Numbered from the stretch's first letter, positions 21,464-32,478 are shown. The stretch: DNA of 64,000 nucleotides from Chlorobiaceae bacterium (GCA_013824245.1 PNNN01000050.1:65150-129149), one strand, 5' to 3'. The notes: generated by a model not told the origin, from the letters alone. Program-made: numbers and translations.

Positions 21464-24294
21464 CCGAAGAAAAATTGATAAAACAATCTCGATTGAAAAT
21501 TTTTGAAATTATTCTCGATTCGTTTGCCTATATCATATCTAAATACTATAAAATTCCCTAAGTTGATTCGAACACCGCCACCCACACTGCCTAATGTTGT
21601 ACCGTAGAAGTTGTCCCACGCATTACCTGCATCGCAAAAAAGAGCACCGCGGATTCCAAAAAATGATATACTTGTGAATGGAAACCGCAGCCGCACTTCA
21701 TCAAGAAGGGGAAAACGAAGCTCGTGACTTGTGAGCCATATTTTTTTTCCCCGCAACGACCATCTTGGATAACCGCGCAAGTCCCAACTGCCGCCCATAA
21801 AAAAACGCCGCGCTTCCTGACCATCGTTATAGAACAACCAGTACCGCATTGCATAAGCCGACATCACCCCGATTCTAAAATATTGCCGGTAATCTAAAAT
21901 CACCGAGAAATAGTTGGCGTGTGAATATTGAATATCCGAAGTATAAGCCAGCGTTGCACTGTAACGGCTTCCATCGAGCGGACCGCTGGGACCCCAGAGT
22001 GAGTTATCGTGAGTGAAGGATATTGAATTCGAAAGGAATAATGCACGCCGAGAATAATCGATATTTTCATTGTAGCGCTCATAGATTGTTCCGAAGGTAG
22101 CGTCTTTCTCTGAATGGCTGATGCTTGTCGATAAAGATATCCGTCTGAATTTTGAGAACGGATAACTGAGCGCGTAATAACCGCCGAAAACTTTTTCGTA
22201 AAAATAGAGATCAGGATCTGTTAGATCATATCTCCGCCCGCTGAAACGGTAAATACCGAAGGCATGGTTTGTTCGGCGGTGAAGTGAAACACGCGAAATA
22301 GCAACGTTGAAACTTGACAGCAACTCATCCATAGATTCGGCAGTGTTGTAAACGAGGAAATTATATTGTTCGTTGCCCAGTAAATCGCTCATCGATAAAT
22401 ATGCGCCGCCCCACGTTCCAAAAACAGGGTCTGTAGCAATCTGACTTTGGGCAACATCTAAAGTGTAATCTTCTGCATATTTCAACGGCTTTGATTCTTC
22501 GGTTCCACCAATTGTCTTGGGCTTCCACGGTTTTTCAATCTTAAATTCGGTTGCTGTTATTTCTTTAGATGAATCAAATAACATAGAAATATTTTCGACC
22601 AATCTGATACGGAAGCTAAAATCTTCGAATCCTACAAATATCAAATTATTGTCAGCCCACGCGGGATCAAATGCACCCGTTGTGAAACCTGTTGCTTTCC
22701 GCATTTTCGGTCCGTTTATCTGTTCCTCACAACGCATCATCCATATATTTCGGGTGCCATCAATATCAGATGTGAACAATAAATATTTACCGTCGTTTGA
22801 ATAACGCGGTGAAGAACAATTAAAATTGCCCTGCGTTACATAATAAATATCGTTCGTGCTTAATTGATATCGGAAGAGATGGTATTTTCCATCTTCACCA
22901 TTCTCCGATCTATCTGATGCAAATGCTATTGTTGAGCCATCGGGCGCCCAATCCGGATCACGATCATCGTAAAAATCATTTGTTAACCGTTCCAAGTGTT
23001 CTGTTTCGATATCCCATACATATAAATCGTTCGAACCGGACATGTCGATACCGCTGAAAGCAATTTTGTTTCCATCCGGCGACCAGCTTGCAGAACCTAA
23101 AACAACTAGATCTTTAAAAACATATGTTCTAATATTTTTCTTTTCCACAAGATCAAAAAGATGTAATGCATCTTTTTCTCCTTTTTTAGTTACGAAAGCA
23201 AGCATCCCTTTTTTTGAAATCGCCAATCGATTTTGGAAAGGATGAAACGCCTCGAATTCATCGGAGCGTTCTCCTTCGACAACGAGTTCCGGCAGTGTTT
23301 CACGATTTGCCAGAGCGCTATCGATATTCATTTTGTAAATGCTCGTATAACCGGAATGATTTCCGACGAAATAAATTTGTCGATTCCCATTCGTCTCCCA
23401 ATACACCGGTTTGGTGTTAAATCCTTTTTGCACAAGAATTTCACTTGCCCCGCTCGGTGAATCTAAACTCTTCAACAACGGATAATATTCTTTCTTCAGT
23501 GCATATAACCATTCTTCATCGAACTTTTCATAATCAACTCCAAGCGTCGATTTAAAAACATCTTCAAAACTATTCGACTGCCAAAAATTTTCCATCAACT
23601 GAAGAATCCGATTTTCTCCGTAACGGTTCGCGATGAAGCGAAGTATGCTTTGCCCTTCTTTATACATTAAGTACGAACCATAAATCTGATCAATTGAACT
23701 TAAAGGTGTGATGTATCCCGAAATTGTTGCATCGCGAAGAACCATTTCTGCCTGCGTGTCCCAATCTATCGACCAGTATTCCGCCAACCCCTCTACAAAC
23801 CAAAGCGGGGGCAGTCGGTCTTGCGCAATCCTGTGGTTTAAAAATAATCGGCTGATCTTTCCGTGCATAAAAACATGTACAAGCTCGTGCCTGATGACAT
23901 GTTTGAAATCCCACATCGAACCGGTATAAGGAATCACGACTCTTCCTTTAAGAAATTCAAAAAATCCGCCGACACCTTCGGGAATTAACCCCGGTGTTGT
24001 ATTTGTTTGTTGGAAATGAAGATGGGTGCTGTAGAAAATTAGTGGAATGCGTGAAGGAACGTTATACATAAATTTTTCTTGCAGAATTTTGTAACTTTCT
24101 TCTGCGAGAAATGCACCGCGCCCGGCTAACTCTTTCATCTCCGGATAATAATAAATATCGAAATGATCCGTCTTCAGCAGATGCCAATCGAAAGATGTGT
24201 ACTGTACTTTATTTCTGCCGAAGTAAGAAAATTGTGAATAGGCGGAAGTAAAAAGTAGAACTGTGATCAAAACATATTTATTGAAACGAGTCAC
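21451..24294 (-). CDS. large outer-membrane protein: HExxH metallopeptidase-like module + TolB-like PD40 propeller repeats + C-terminal beta-barrel
   Basis: 947 aa. Signal peptide, HELVHVFMH (HExxH), PD40-type repeats (SPDGNKIAF, APDGSTIAFASDR, SNDGKYLLFTSD) and a barrel-like C-terminus ending FFFGWDF. Confidence 0.65.
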   Translation of the reverse strand: MTRFNKYVLITVLLFTSAYSQFSYFGRNKVQYTSFDWHLLKTDHFDIYYYPEMKELAGRGAFLAEESYKILQEKFMYNVPSRIPLIFYSTHLHFQQTNTTPGLIPEGVGGFFEFLKGRVVIPYTGSMWDFKHVIRHELVHVFMHGKISRLFLNHRIAQDRLPPLWFVEGLAEYWSIDWDTQAEMVLRDATISGYITPLSSIDQIYGSYLMYKEGQSILRFIANRYGENRILQLMENFWQSNSFEDVFKSTLGVDYEKFDEEWLYALKKEYYPLLKSLDSPSGASEILVQKGFNTKPVYWETNGNRQIYFVGNHSGYTSIYKMNIDSALANRETLPELVVEGERSDEFEAFHPFQNRLAISKKGMLAFVTKKGEKDALHLFDLVEKKNIRTYVFKDLVVLGSASWSPDGNKIAFSGIDMSGSNDLYVWDIETEHLERLTNDFYDDRDPDWAPDGSTIAFASDRSENGEDGKYHLFRYQLSTNDIYYVTQGNFNCSSPRYSNDGKYLLFTSDIDGTRNIWMMRCEEQINGPKMRKATGFTTGAFDPAWADNNLIFVGFEDFSFRIRLVENISMLFDSSKEITATEFKIEKPWKPKTIGGTEESKPLKYAEDYTLDVAQSQIATDPVFGTWGGAYLSMSDLLGNEQYNFLVYNTAESMDELLSSFNVAISRVSLHRRTNHAFGIYRFSGRRYDLTDPDLYFYEKVFGGYYALSYPFSKFRRISLSTSISHSEKDATFGTIYERYNENIDYSRRALFLSNSISFTHDNSLWGPSGPLDGSRYSATLAYTSDIQYSHANYFSVILDYRQYFRIGVMSAYAMRYWLFYNDGQEARRFFMGGSWDLRGYPRWSLRGKKIWLTSHELRFPLLDEVRLRFPFTSISFFGIRGALFCDAGNAWDNFYGTTLGSVGGGVRINLGNFIVFRYDIGKRIENNFKNFQSRLFYQFFFGWDF

Positions 24295-24365
24295 TATTTA
24301 TGTGAAATGATTCAGGTTACGTGTTTCATGCCGGATATTAAGCGTTTCATACCAGTAATCCGATA

Positions 24366-25415
24366 TTACATTTTTCCCAGCTCATTCTTTAAATAGTCGA
24401 TAACTTTTACCGGTGTCGGGTCTATTCCGTTAAGGATAGCAAGATAATAACTTGTCCAATCACCTAAATAAATTAACGAGAACATTCTCGCTAAAACAGA
24501 TTTCCCCTCGCTCTGAATCTCAATCACTTTTGATGCGTATTGTTCAATCACGCTTTTAGTGATCTCCATTCTTAATTTCACGCGCGGATGATCGTCTTTA
24601 TCGCGGAGGAAGATCACTGCTATTTCTTCTTCCATCATGCGGCGTAAAACTTTCCAGCCAACCAACTCGTTATGATTCATTTCCGGCAAAACATGCCCAA
24701 ACGCCAATTGTTTCGCATTTTCGGCTATTTGTCCGCGCCATCTGAGATTTACAATATCGAACCGATCTGCCGCAGAATAAATAACCGGGAGTTTCATATA
24801 CAACTGCTTCGCAAGTTGCAGTGCGGTATTAGTGTTGTTCAGTGAAGAATAAATTTTTGATTTCTTCTGAAGCAGTGAGAGTGTTTCCTTTATATCTGGA
24901 TTTTTTGATCGTATTAATTTCATTTTCGAAAGAGCAATCAATGTCGGGAAGAAAGAATAACCAAGCGCGGCGCGTGGCGGCAACCCTTTTGGAATTGTGA
25001 TCAACGGCTGTTTAAATTTTTCTGCCGATGCCGCAGTTTGACCGTCCGAACTTATGCATAGAATTTTTGCCTTGCGTTTTTTTGCGTCAGCATGTGCGGC
25101 AATTGTTTCTTCGGTGTTGCCAGAATAGCTCGATACTACAACAAGTGTTCGCTCGTTTACAAACTCGGGCATAAAATAATGACGGTTGACATGAAACGGA
25201 ATTTCTGATTCTGCCGAAAGATAAGAACGGATTAAATCGCCTCCGATTGCAGAACCGCCCAAACCGGTTATAACTACTGAATCGATTTGTGATTTATTAT
25301 ATGCCGGTTTGAATTTATTGCCAATCTTAACTGCATTTTCAACCTGCTTCGGAAAATCGACAAGCAGTTGATTCATATTGGATTTATCGTATCTTTGGAT
25401 GCTTTGCTTATTCAT
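24366..25415 (-). CDS. bifunctional phosphoglucose/phosphomannose isomerase (SIS family)
   Basis: 349 aa. SIS-domain motif TGLGGSAIGGDL and VVVSSYSGNTEET. Size fits the PGI/PMI family. Confidence 0.78.
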   Translation of the reverse strand: MNKQSIQRYDKSNMNQLLVDFPKQVENAVKIGNKFKPAYNKSQIDSVVITGLGGSAIGGDLIRSYLSAESEIPFHVNRHYFMPEFVNERTLVVVSSYSGNTEETIAAHADAKKRKAKILCISSDGQTAASAEKFKQPLITIPKGLPPRAALGYSFFPTLIALSKMKLIRSKNPDIKETLSLLQKKSKIYSSLNNTNTALQLAKQLYMKLPVIYSAADRFDIVNLRWRGQIAENAKQLAFGHVLPEMNHNELVGWKVLRRMMEEEIAVIFLRDKDDHPRVKLRMEITKSVIEQYASKVIEIQSEGKSVLARMFSLIYLGDWTSYYLAILNGIDPTPVKVIDYLKNELGKM

Positions 25416-25478
25416 AATTTTTCTTGATTGTGGTTTGAGAAATAAAATATTTTGTGATCGAGAATATTCTTAAAATCA

Positions 25479-27242
25479 TCAATTGTCTAAAGGAATTTCA
25501 GGCAGATGTTTTTTAAAAAATTTGGACATCATTCTTTCAACTTCATCGCTTGTGCTTGCTCCCATTGCTTGTACAGCAAGTTCCTTCATTAAGGAATAAT
25601 TCAAAGATCGGATAATTTTTTTGATCTCCGGCAGAACGGCCGGAACAACACTCAACTCATCGATTCCAAGACCAATTAAAAGCGGAACAGCCAAAGGATT
25701 TCCACCCATTTCGCCGCATATTCCAGCCCAAATGCCTTGTTTATGAGCGCCGTTTATAACATGCTTGAGTGTGTTCACAACACTTGGATCGAATTGACGA
25801 TATAATTTTGATACGAGAGTGTTTCCGCGGTCAACAGCCAGCAGATATTGCGTTAAATCGTTTGTTCCTATACTAACAAAATCAACCTCGGCTGCAATTT
25901 GGGAAATCATAAGCGCCGCAGAGGGAACTTCTATCATCACGCCGATAGGAGTTTTATCGTTAAACTTGACACCTTGACTACGCAACTCCGCCTTAGCTTT
26001 TCGGACATAACGCTTTGCCATCCTCACTTCTTCGAGTGTTGCAACCATTGGAAACATAATAGATAAATTTTTTCTTACACTGGCTCGCAGCATAGCTCGA
26101 AGTTGATTCAGAAAAATATCCGGTCTATCTAAACTGATCCGAATTCCGCGCCATCCTAGAAATGGATTTGATTCATCGGCAGTGGCAGGGGCTATCTTAT
26201 CGCCTCCTATATCAAAAGTTCGAAGAATCACACGGTGTGGATGAACTCTATCTGTAACCTTTTTATACTCCTGATATTGTTCTTCTTCCGATGGAAAATC
26301 ATCGCTATTAAGAAGCAAACTTTCGGTTCTATATAATCCGATCCCCTGAGACCCTTGCACAACAACATAATCAAGCTCATCCAATAATTCTATATTTGCA
26401 GATAGTTCCACACGATGACCATCGATAGTTTCTGCAGGCAGATCTTTTAAATTTGTTAATTGCTGTTCAAATTTATTCATCCGCTCCCGCTTTTTTTCAT
26501 AATGCTTCATCCGCTCGTCTGTCGGATTGACTATGAGAGTGCCGCTATAACCATCTAATATTAAAAGATCACCATTGATAACGGATCTGCTGACATCTCC
26601 CAATCCAACTATAGCCGGAATTTTTAAAGAACGGGAAAAGAGTGCTGCGTGAGATGTAATTCCGCCGCGATCAGTTGCGTAGCCGAGAACATGATTGCGG
26701 CTGAGAATCATTGTATCTGCCGGTGTAAGCGTATGCGCAACAACTATGACTGATCCTTCGAGCTTGGATATCAATCGCTCCTGCAAAAGATTTCTGATGA
26801 TACGATTTTTTAAATCTTCCATATCGTGCGCGCGTTCGTGCATATACTCGTCTTCTGCCTTAAGCATAAGCGCCGCATATTTACCAATTTCGTCGCTGAC
26901 TATAAACTCGGCGTTGCGTTTTTCAGAGGTAATTCTTTTTTTGATGGAACCGATCAGCACAGGATCCTCTAAAACCATAATCTGCGCATCTAATACTTTT
27001 GCCTTCGCTTCACCTATCTTTTCCTGAGCGAACAGAAGTATTTTGTTCAATTCTTTGGAAGATTTATCGAGAGATCTGCTGAAACGCTCCTGCTCAAATT
27101 CTATTTCTTTGGGTTGAATGATTCGCTCTTCTACCACCGGAGTATCTTTGAGGAAAAGATAAGCTTGCCCGATAGAAATACCGTGCGAAGCCGGAATACC
27201 CCGAAGAACTATTTCATTTTTTATGTGTTGTTTATCAGGCAC
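25479..27242 (-). CDS. ptsI: phosphoenolpyruvate-protein phosphotransferase (PTS enzyme I)
   Basis: 587 aa. Phospho-His region GGITSHAALFSRSLKIPAIVG and C-terminal PEP-utilising TIM-barrel motifs (SIGTNDLTQY). Confidence 0.95.
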   Translation of the reverse strand: MPDKQHIKNEIVLRGIPASHGISIGQAYLFLKDTPVVEERIIQPKEIEFEQERFSRSLDKSSKELNKILLFAQEKIGEAKAKVLDAQIMVLEDPVLIGSIKKRITSEKRNAEFIVSDEIGKYAALMLKAEDEYMHERAHDMEDLKNRIIRNLLQERLISKLEGSVIVVAHTLTPADTMILSRNHVLGYATDRGGITSHAALFSRSLKIPAIVGLGDVSRSVINGDLLILDGYSGTLIVNPTDERMKHYEKKRERMNKFEQQLTNLKDLPAETIDGHRVELSANIELLDELDYVVVQGSQGIGLYRTESLLLNSDDFPSEEEQYQEYKKVTDRVHPHRVILRTFDIGGDKIAPATADESNPFLGWRGIRISLDRPDIFLNQLRAMLRASVRKNLSIMFPMVATLEEVRMAKRYVRKAKAELRSQGVKFNDKTPIGVMIEVPSAALMISQIAAEVDFVSIGTNDLTQYLLAVDRGNTLVSKLYRQFDPSVVNTLKHVINGAHKQGIWAGICGEMGGNPLAVPLLIGLGIDELSVVPAVLPEIKKIIRSLNYSLMKELAVQAMGASTSDEVERMMSKFFKKHLPEIPLDN

Positions 27243-27245
27243 GTT

Positions 27246-27509
27246 TCACTCATCAAAGCCACGGCTGAAAAGATCTATAACTTCATTGGCGGCATCCTGC
27301 TCATCGGCTCCGTCAAAACGGAGAATCAGTTTCGAACCTTGCTCTGCCGCAAGAGTCATTACGCCAATAATGCTTTTCCCGTTTATTTCCATTCCGTCTT
27401 TGTAAATATAAAAATCTGATTTAAATTTTGCAGCTGTTTTCACCAGTACGGCGGCAGGTCTTGTGTGCATGCCTGCGCGATTTTTAATGATCACTTCTTG
27501 TTCTATCAT
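27246..27509 (-). CDS. ptsH: phosphocarrier protein HPr
   Basis: Met at 27509 gives an 87-aa HPr with the active site NRAGMHTRPAA. The longer ORF to 27587 would overlap the upstream gene. Confidence 0.9.
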   Translation of the reverse strand: MIEQEVIIKNRAGMHTRPAAVLVKTAAKFKSDFYIYKDGMEINGKSIIGVMTLAAEQGSKLILRFDGADEQDAANEVIDLFSRGFDE

Positions 27510-27510
27510 G

Positions 27511-28509
27511 CTACGATGTTCTATCGAGCAGTTGAGACGATAACCATAACAGCATCGATTTCGCTTGGCTCTCGGGCAACCGACCAAGCATCCGGTTCGC
27601 CCGAAGCGTACTTTGTTTCACTTCGGATTGCGCCGCTTCGATTGCCCCGCTATTAATGTAAATATATTTAATCTGTCTAATTTCGTTTTCGCTTTTCACA
27701 CTACCAGGCACGATCGATTTTAATATTTTCCTCTCTCTGCCTTTTGATTTCTCAATCGCTTTTAAAAGTAGAAATGTTTTCTTTCCTTCTTGAATATCAC
27801 CGCCTATTTTTTTTCCAAACTCTTCAGTGCTTCCATTGATATCAAGAAGATCATCCATTACCTGAAAAGCTTTTCCGAGAGATTCACCGTATTTTCTGAG
27901 AGCAACCACTTGCGCATCCGATCCGCCGCCAACCAGCGCGCCCATTTCGGCAGATGCCGCAATCACTCTGCCTGTTTTTTTTGAGATCATCATAAAATAA
28001 TCTTCAATCGACACACTTTGCTTCGTTTCAAATTCTTTATCAAAACCTTGCCCTTCGCACACCTGCACAAGCGCATCTGTATAAACATCGAGTATAGATT
28101 TTATACGTGTTGAATTTGTGTTTAGAAGAATATGATACGCCTGCGCAATCATCTCGTCGCCGGCAAGTATGGCAACATTTTCGTCCCATTTTTTATGGAC
28201 AGTTGGTTTTCCGCGTCTCAATTCAGCGTGATCCATTATATCATCATGCACGAGTGTGAAATTGTGTAGGATTTCTATTGCAACAGCCGCATCCATCGCT
28301 ATTGAAGCCCGACCACCGACCGCTTCGCATGCAAGCAGCGTCAATATTGCACGAATTCGTTTACCGCCAATCGAAAGAACATAATTGATCGGATCGTAGA
28401 CCGATACCGGAAATTTTTTTCGATCAAAGATCTTGAACCTTTTTTCGATATCAACTTTATATCGATTGTATATATTGAGATATTGTTTATCGTTCCACTT
28501 ATAATCCAT
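27511..28509 (-). CDS. polyprenyl diphosphate synthase (GGPP/FPP synthase family)
   Basis: 332 aa. FARM motif LVHDDIMD and SARM motif QVMDDLLD. Confidence 0.9.
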   Translation of the reverse strand: MDYKWNDKQYLNIYNRYKVDIEKRFKIFDRKKFPVSVYDPINYVLSIGGKRIRAILTLLACEAVGGRASIAMDAAVAIEILHNFTLVHDDIMDHAELRRGKPTVHKKWDENVAILAGDEMIAQAYHILLNTNSTRIKSILDVYTDALVQVCEGQGFDKEFETKQSVSIEDYFMMISKKTGRVIAASAEMGALVGGGSDAQVVALRKYGESLGKAFQVMDDLLDINGSTEEFGKKIGGDIQEGKKTFLLLKAIEKSKGRERKILKSIVPGSVKSENEIRQIKYIYINSGAIEAAQSEVKQSTLRANRMLGRLPESQAKSMLLWLSSQLLDRTS

Positions 28510-28704
28510 GATTTATAATAACAAAACATGCCATGAGAATCAAGAATAAATCGAGAATTATTGAAAAGGGGAAAGCTTATCGGGTTTTCGGCGTTGCTTG
28601 ATCACCGACCTGATGGAGTACGTTGAAATTTTAACAAAATAATAAAACTATGATTCGCTTATGGAAGTTTACGGTTTCATCGGATCAAAACAGATTCAGC
28701 AATG

Positions 28705-29484
28705 TTATTTCTTCGTCTTCTTGGATATCCTTTCGAAAATCATCCGAGCACCTTCAAGCACAAGGTTCGGCTCCATGTATTTTATTTCATTCGTTACTTC
28801 GGCTATAATCGGTGCGTATCCTCCCGTTGCAACCACGGTGGCATATTTCCCTGCCGATCTCCGCAGCCGTCTAACCATCCCTTCGAACGAATCCACCGCG
28901 CCAAACATAACGCCCGATTGAATTGCCGTGATTGTATCTTTACCTATAATTTCATCCGGGAATTGCAAATTAATTCTCGGCAGTTTCGCTGTCCTTCTGA
29001 AAAGATCCACCGCCATAGTTTCTACCCCGGGGGCAATCACTCCACCAAGATATTCTCCTTTACTTGTTATCACGTCGTATGTTGTAGCTGTGCCGAAGTC
29101 AACGACAATAGCCGGACCGCCAAATTTTTTCTGTGCGGCTACAACCGCACAAATTCTATCTGCCCCTAACTTTGCAGGATCGCTATAAGGAATGTTAATT
29201 CCCGCATCAATCATTCCCGAGATTATTAACGGCTGAAGTTTCAGGTAATTATTCAACATCTTATTTATTGAATCGGTTAGCTCAGGCACAACAGAACTTA
29301 TTACAACTCCTTGCAATGCTTCCGGCGAAATTTTTATCTGTTCGCAGAACTGTTTCAATGGAATATATAATTCATCTTCAGTCCTCGACACAGTGCTCGA
29401 AATACGTCTATTAAGCATTAATTTACCTTTATGAAAAAAGCCGAACACTGCGTTTGTGTTTCCGATATTGATTGCTAATAGCAT
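28705..29484 (-). CDS. coaX: type III pantothenate kinase
   Basis: 259 aa. N-terminal LLAINIGNTN, then VVDFGTATT. Confidence 0.9.
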   Translation of the reverse strand: MLLAINIGNTNAVFGFFHKGKLMLNRRISSTVSRTEDELYIPLKQFCEQIKISPEALQGVVISSVVPELTDSINKMLNNYLKLQPLIISGMIDAGINIPYSDPAKLGADRICAVVAAQKKFGGPAIVVDFGTATTYDVITSKGEYLGGVIAPGVETMAVDLFRRTAKLPRINLQFPDEIIGKDTITAIQSGVMFGAVDSFEGMVRRLRRSAGKYATVVATGGYAPIIAEVTNEIKYMEPNLVLEGARMIFERISKKTKK

Positions 29485-30248
29485 ACGGTTACATCTCCTG
29501 CGATAACTTTTATCTCGCTGTTGGTTGTTTTAATAATAAGACCGCCGTCGTCATCGAGCCGTCTGGCAATCCCGTGCAATATTTTTCCATTCTGATTTAT
29601 TTTTACTTCCTTGTTAAACATCGACGAATTATTTTCGAACTCTTCTAAAAGATATTTTAGTCCGCCGGATTTTATTGATTCATAATTATTTTCCAAGCGA
29701 TTAAGGATTCGCCCGAATATCTCAAAACGATTTTGATCTTTTCCGAGTGCAACCGAAAGCGATGTTGCTTTATCTTTGATTTCATCGGGAAAATTTATTT
29801 GGTTGACATTCAAGCCAATCCCGATTACGATCCCAGTTAAACGATTGTTTTCGAAAACTGCTTCCGATAATATTCCACACACTTTCTTGCCCTTGAGATA
29901 GACATCGTTGGGCCACTTGCAATCGGGCTGCAGTTCCGAAAAATGTTTTAAAGTTTCCATTACTGATAGTCCGGCATAAATCGAAATCACTCCAATCTTC
30001 TCAGGGGAAATCGCTGACCGGACGATGATTGAAAATGTTAAATTCTTTTTCCCCTCCGAAATCCAAGAACGATTCAATCTACCTCTCCCCGCAGTTTGTT
30101 CATCGGCAATAACAACCGTTCCTTCATCAACACCTTCTTGAAGAAATTGTTTTGCTTTCAAATTCGTGGAATCGATCAGATCAAAACAAAAAATCTTTTT
30201 CCCAAAAATTTTCGAGCGAATAAACGGACGGATTTCAGATTCTTTCAT
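29475..30248 (-). CDS. birA: biotin-[acetyl-CoA-carboxylase] ligase
   Basis: Signature GRGRLNRSW. The ORF opens at 30323, but the Met at 30248 gives a typical ~257-aa ligase-only protein. No obvious N-terminal HTH. Confidence 0.85.
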   Translation of the reverse strand: MKESEIRPFIRSKIFGKKIFCFDLIDSTNLKAKQFLQEGVDEGTVVIADEQTAGRGRLNRSWISEGKKNLTFSIIVRSAISPEKIGVISIYAGLSVMETLKHFSELQPDCKWPNDVYLKGKKVCGILSEAVFENNRLTGIVIGIGLNVNQINFPDEIKDKATSLSVALGKDQNRFEIFGRILNRLENNYESIKSGGLKYLLEEFENNSSMFNKEVKINQNGKILHGIARRLDDDGGLIIKTTNSEIKVIAGDVTVCY

Positions 30249-30531
30249 CGCGTTCAGATTATGAAAATTGCCGATAAAAGTCAAGGATGTTTTTCTGCCA
30301 TAATTTCTAACTCCTGACAACATATCAATTCATCATGCCATGATGGCAGTTATGACAGATTCATTCAAAAAGCGGTTAAAAATATTGGCTAATATCGAAG
30401 ATAAACGCCATATTTTTTTTGATTCCCATGGCATATCTCTTGTAGGTAAGAAGCGTAGTGAAAAAAATTTTTATCTCTTTGGAGATGGCCTTCTTAGAGA
30501 AATGTGTCTTATTTTGAAAAGGAGTTTAAAA

Positions 30532-32478
30532 ATGCCCGGTAAAATTATTGGTATAGATTTAGGAACAACAAACTCGGTTGTTGCAGTAATGGAAGGTAAA
30601 GAACCAACAGTAATTGCAAATGCTGAGGGTGGGCGTACTACACCTTCGGTTGTCGGCTTTCCAAAAAGCGGTGAACGACTTGTTGGTCAGGCAGCCAAAC
30701 GGCAAGCAGTAACAAATTCACAAAACACAGTGTTCTCGATTAAGCGCTTCATGGGAAGATTTCAAAATGAAGTGACTGAAGAGATGAAACTAATCCCATA
30801 CAAAGTTGTGCAGGGAGATAATAACACAGCACGCGTTCAGATCGACGACAGAGTCTACTCACCGCCCGAAATCAGCGCGATGATTTTACAGAAAATGAAA
30901 CAGACGGCTGAAGATTATCTCGGCTCGAAAGTAACAGACGCAGTTATCACGGTTCCCGCATACTTCAACGATGCGCAAAGACAAGCAACGAAAGAAGCTG
31001 GTGAAATTGCCGGCTTGAATGTTCGTAGAATTATTAACGAACCTACTGCCGCCGCACTTGCTTACGGTTTGGATAAAAAACACAAAGACATGAAGGTTGC
31101 CGTATTTGATCTTGGCGGTGGTACATTCGACATCTCTATACTTGAACTCGGCGAAGGAGTCTTCGAGGTTAAATCTACAAATGGAGACACGCATCTTGGC
31201 GGCGACAATTTCGATCACCGAATAGTAGATTATATTGCAGATGAATTTAAAAAACAAGAAGGACTCGATTTACGAAAAGATCCGATGGCGCTTCAACGTT
31301 TGCGCGAGGCAGCAGAAAAAGCAAAAATGGAATTATCTCAGCTTATGCAAACCGAAGTCAACCTTCCGTTCATTACCGCAACATCTGAGGGTCCCAAGCA
31401 TTTGAATCTCACTATAACTCGCGCTAAGTTTGAACAGCTTGTTGAGGATTTGATTCAACGCTGTATTCCCCCTGTCGAAAAAGCACTGCGAGATGCTTCT
31501 CTTAATCCGAATCAGATAGAAGAAATAATTCTTGTCGGAGGGATGACGCGCGTACCACGTGTTCAACAACTTGTGAGAGAAATATTCGGCAAAGAAGGTC
31601 ATAAGGGTGTAAACCCTGACGAGGTTGTTGCGATTGGCGCGGCAATTCAAGGAGGTGTTTTATCCGGCGATGTTACTGATGTTTTATTGCTCGATGTTAC
31701 GCCGCTGACACTCGGTATTGAAACACTCGGCGGTGTTACCACACAAATGATAACGGCGAATACAACAATACCCACAAAGAAAAGCGAAATCTTTTCGACA
31801 GCATCAGAAAGTCAACCATCGGTAGAAATTCACATCTTACAGGGTGAACGACCAATGGCGATTGATAACAGAACGCTCGGCAGATTTCATTTAGACGGAA
31901 TTCCTCCGGCTCCGCGCGGTGTTCCTCAGATCGAAGTTACATTCGATATCGATGCAAACGGTATGCTTCATGTAACCGCGAAAGATAAGGCGACGAACAA
32001 AGAACAAAGCATCCGCATAACATCTTCAAGTGGTTTGAGCAAAGAAGAAGTTGATAAAATGAAAACCGACGCGCAGGCACATTCGGCTGAAGATAAAAAA
32101 CGAAGAGAAGAAGTCGATACGAAAAATCAAGCCGATAATCTTGTATTCCAAACACGCAAGCAGTTGAAGGAATTCGGCGATAAAATTCCACCCGACTTAA
32201 AATCGAAAGTCGAATCGGCGGCAGATGCTTTGGATGCGGCTATTAAAAACAATAACATTGCCGATATAAAAGCGAAGATGGAAGCATTGAATAATATTTG
32301 GAACGAAGCATCCACGGCGATGTATCAAAAAGCCACCGCCGAAGCGCAACAACAACAGGCAGGCGCGCAGCCACCTCCGCCAACAGGAGAGTCAAACGCG
32401 ACAAGCAACAACACAAAAAAGAACGACAAAGCCGTTGAGGATGCATCGTTCGAAGTTGTTGACGATAAGGATAAATAA
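30532..32478 (+). CDS. dnaK: molecular chaperone DnaK (Hsp70)
   Basis: The canonical N-terminus [15 protein letters not shown] starts at 30532, preceded by AAAAGGAG 8 nt upstream. The ORF's 64-aa upstream extension has no Hsp70 similarity. Confidence 0.97.
   Translation: MPGKIIGIDLGTTNSVVAVMEGKEPTVIANAEGGRTTPSVVGFPKSGERLVGQAAKRQAVTNSQNTVFSIKRFMGRFQNEVTEEMKLIPYKVVQGDNNTARVQIDDRVYSPPEISAMILQKMKQTAEDYLGSKVTDAVITVPAYFNDAQRQATKEAGEIAGLNVRRIINEPTAAALAYGLDKKHKDMKVAVFDLGGGTFDISILELGEGVFEVKSTNGDTHLGGDNFDHRIVDYIADEFKKQEGLDLRKDPMALQRLREAAEKAKMELSQLMQTEVNLPFITATSEGPKHLNLTITRAKFEQLVEDLIQRCIPPVEKALRDASLNPNQIEEIILVGGMTRVPRVQQLVREIFGKEGHKGVNPDEVVAIGAAIQGGVLSGDVTDVLLLDVTPLTLGIETLGGVTTQMITANTTIPTKKSEIFSTASESQPSVEIHILQGERPMAIDNRTLGRFHLDGIPPAPRGVPQIEVTFDIDANGMLHVTAKDKATNKEQSIRITSSSGLSKEEVDKMKTDAQAHSAEDKKRREEVDTKNQADNLVFQTRKQLKEFGDKIPPDLKSKVESAADALDAAIKNNNIADIKAKMEALNNIWNEASTAMYQKATAEAQQQQAGAQPPPPTGESNATSNNTKKNDKAVEDASFEVVDDKDK

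Noticed and set aside
27510-27587. 26-codon extension of the HPr ORF
   Set aside because: It would overlap the end of the polyprenyl synthase gene. The Met at 27509 gives a normal-length HPr with the His-15 region in the right place.
30340-30531. 64-codon N-terminal extension of the dnaK ORF ([13 protein letters not shown]...)
   Set aside because: It has no Hsp70 similarity. The canonical [15 protein letters not shown] begins at 30532 with a good SD (AAAAGGAG) just upstream. The extension is intergenic sequence that happens to be open.
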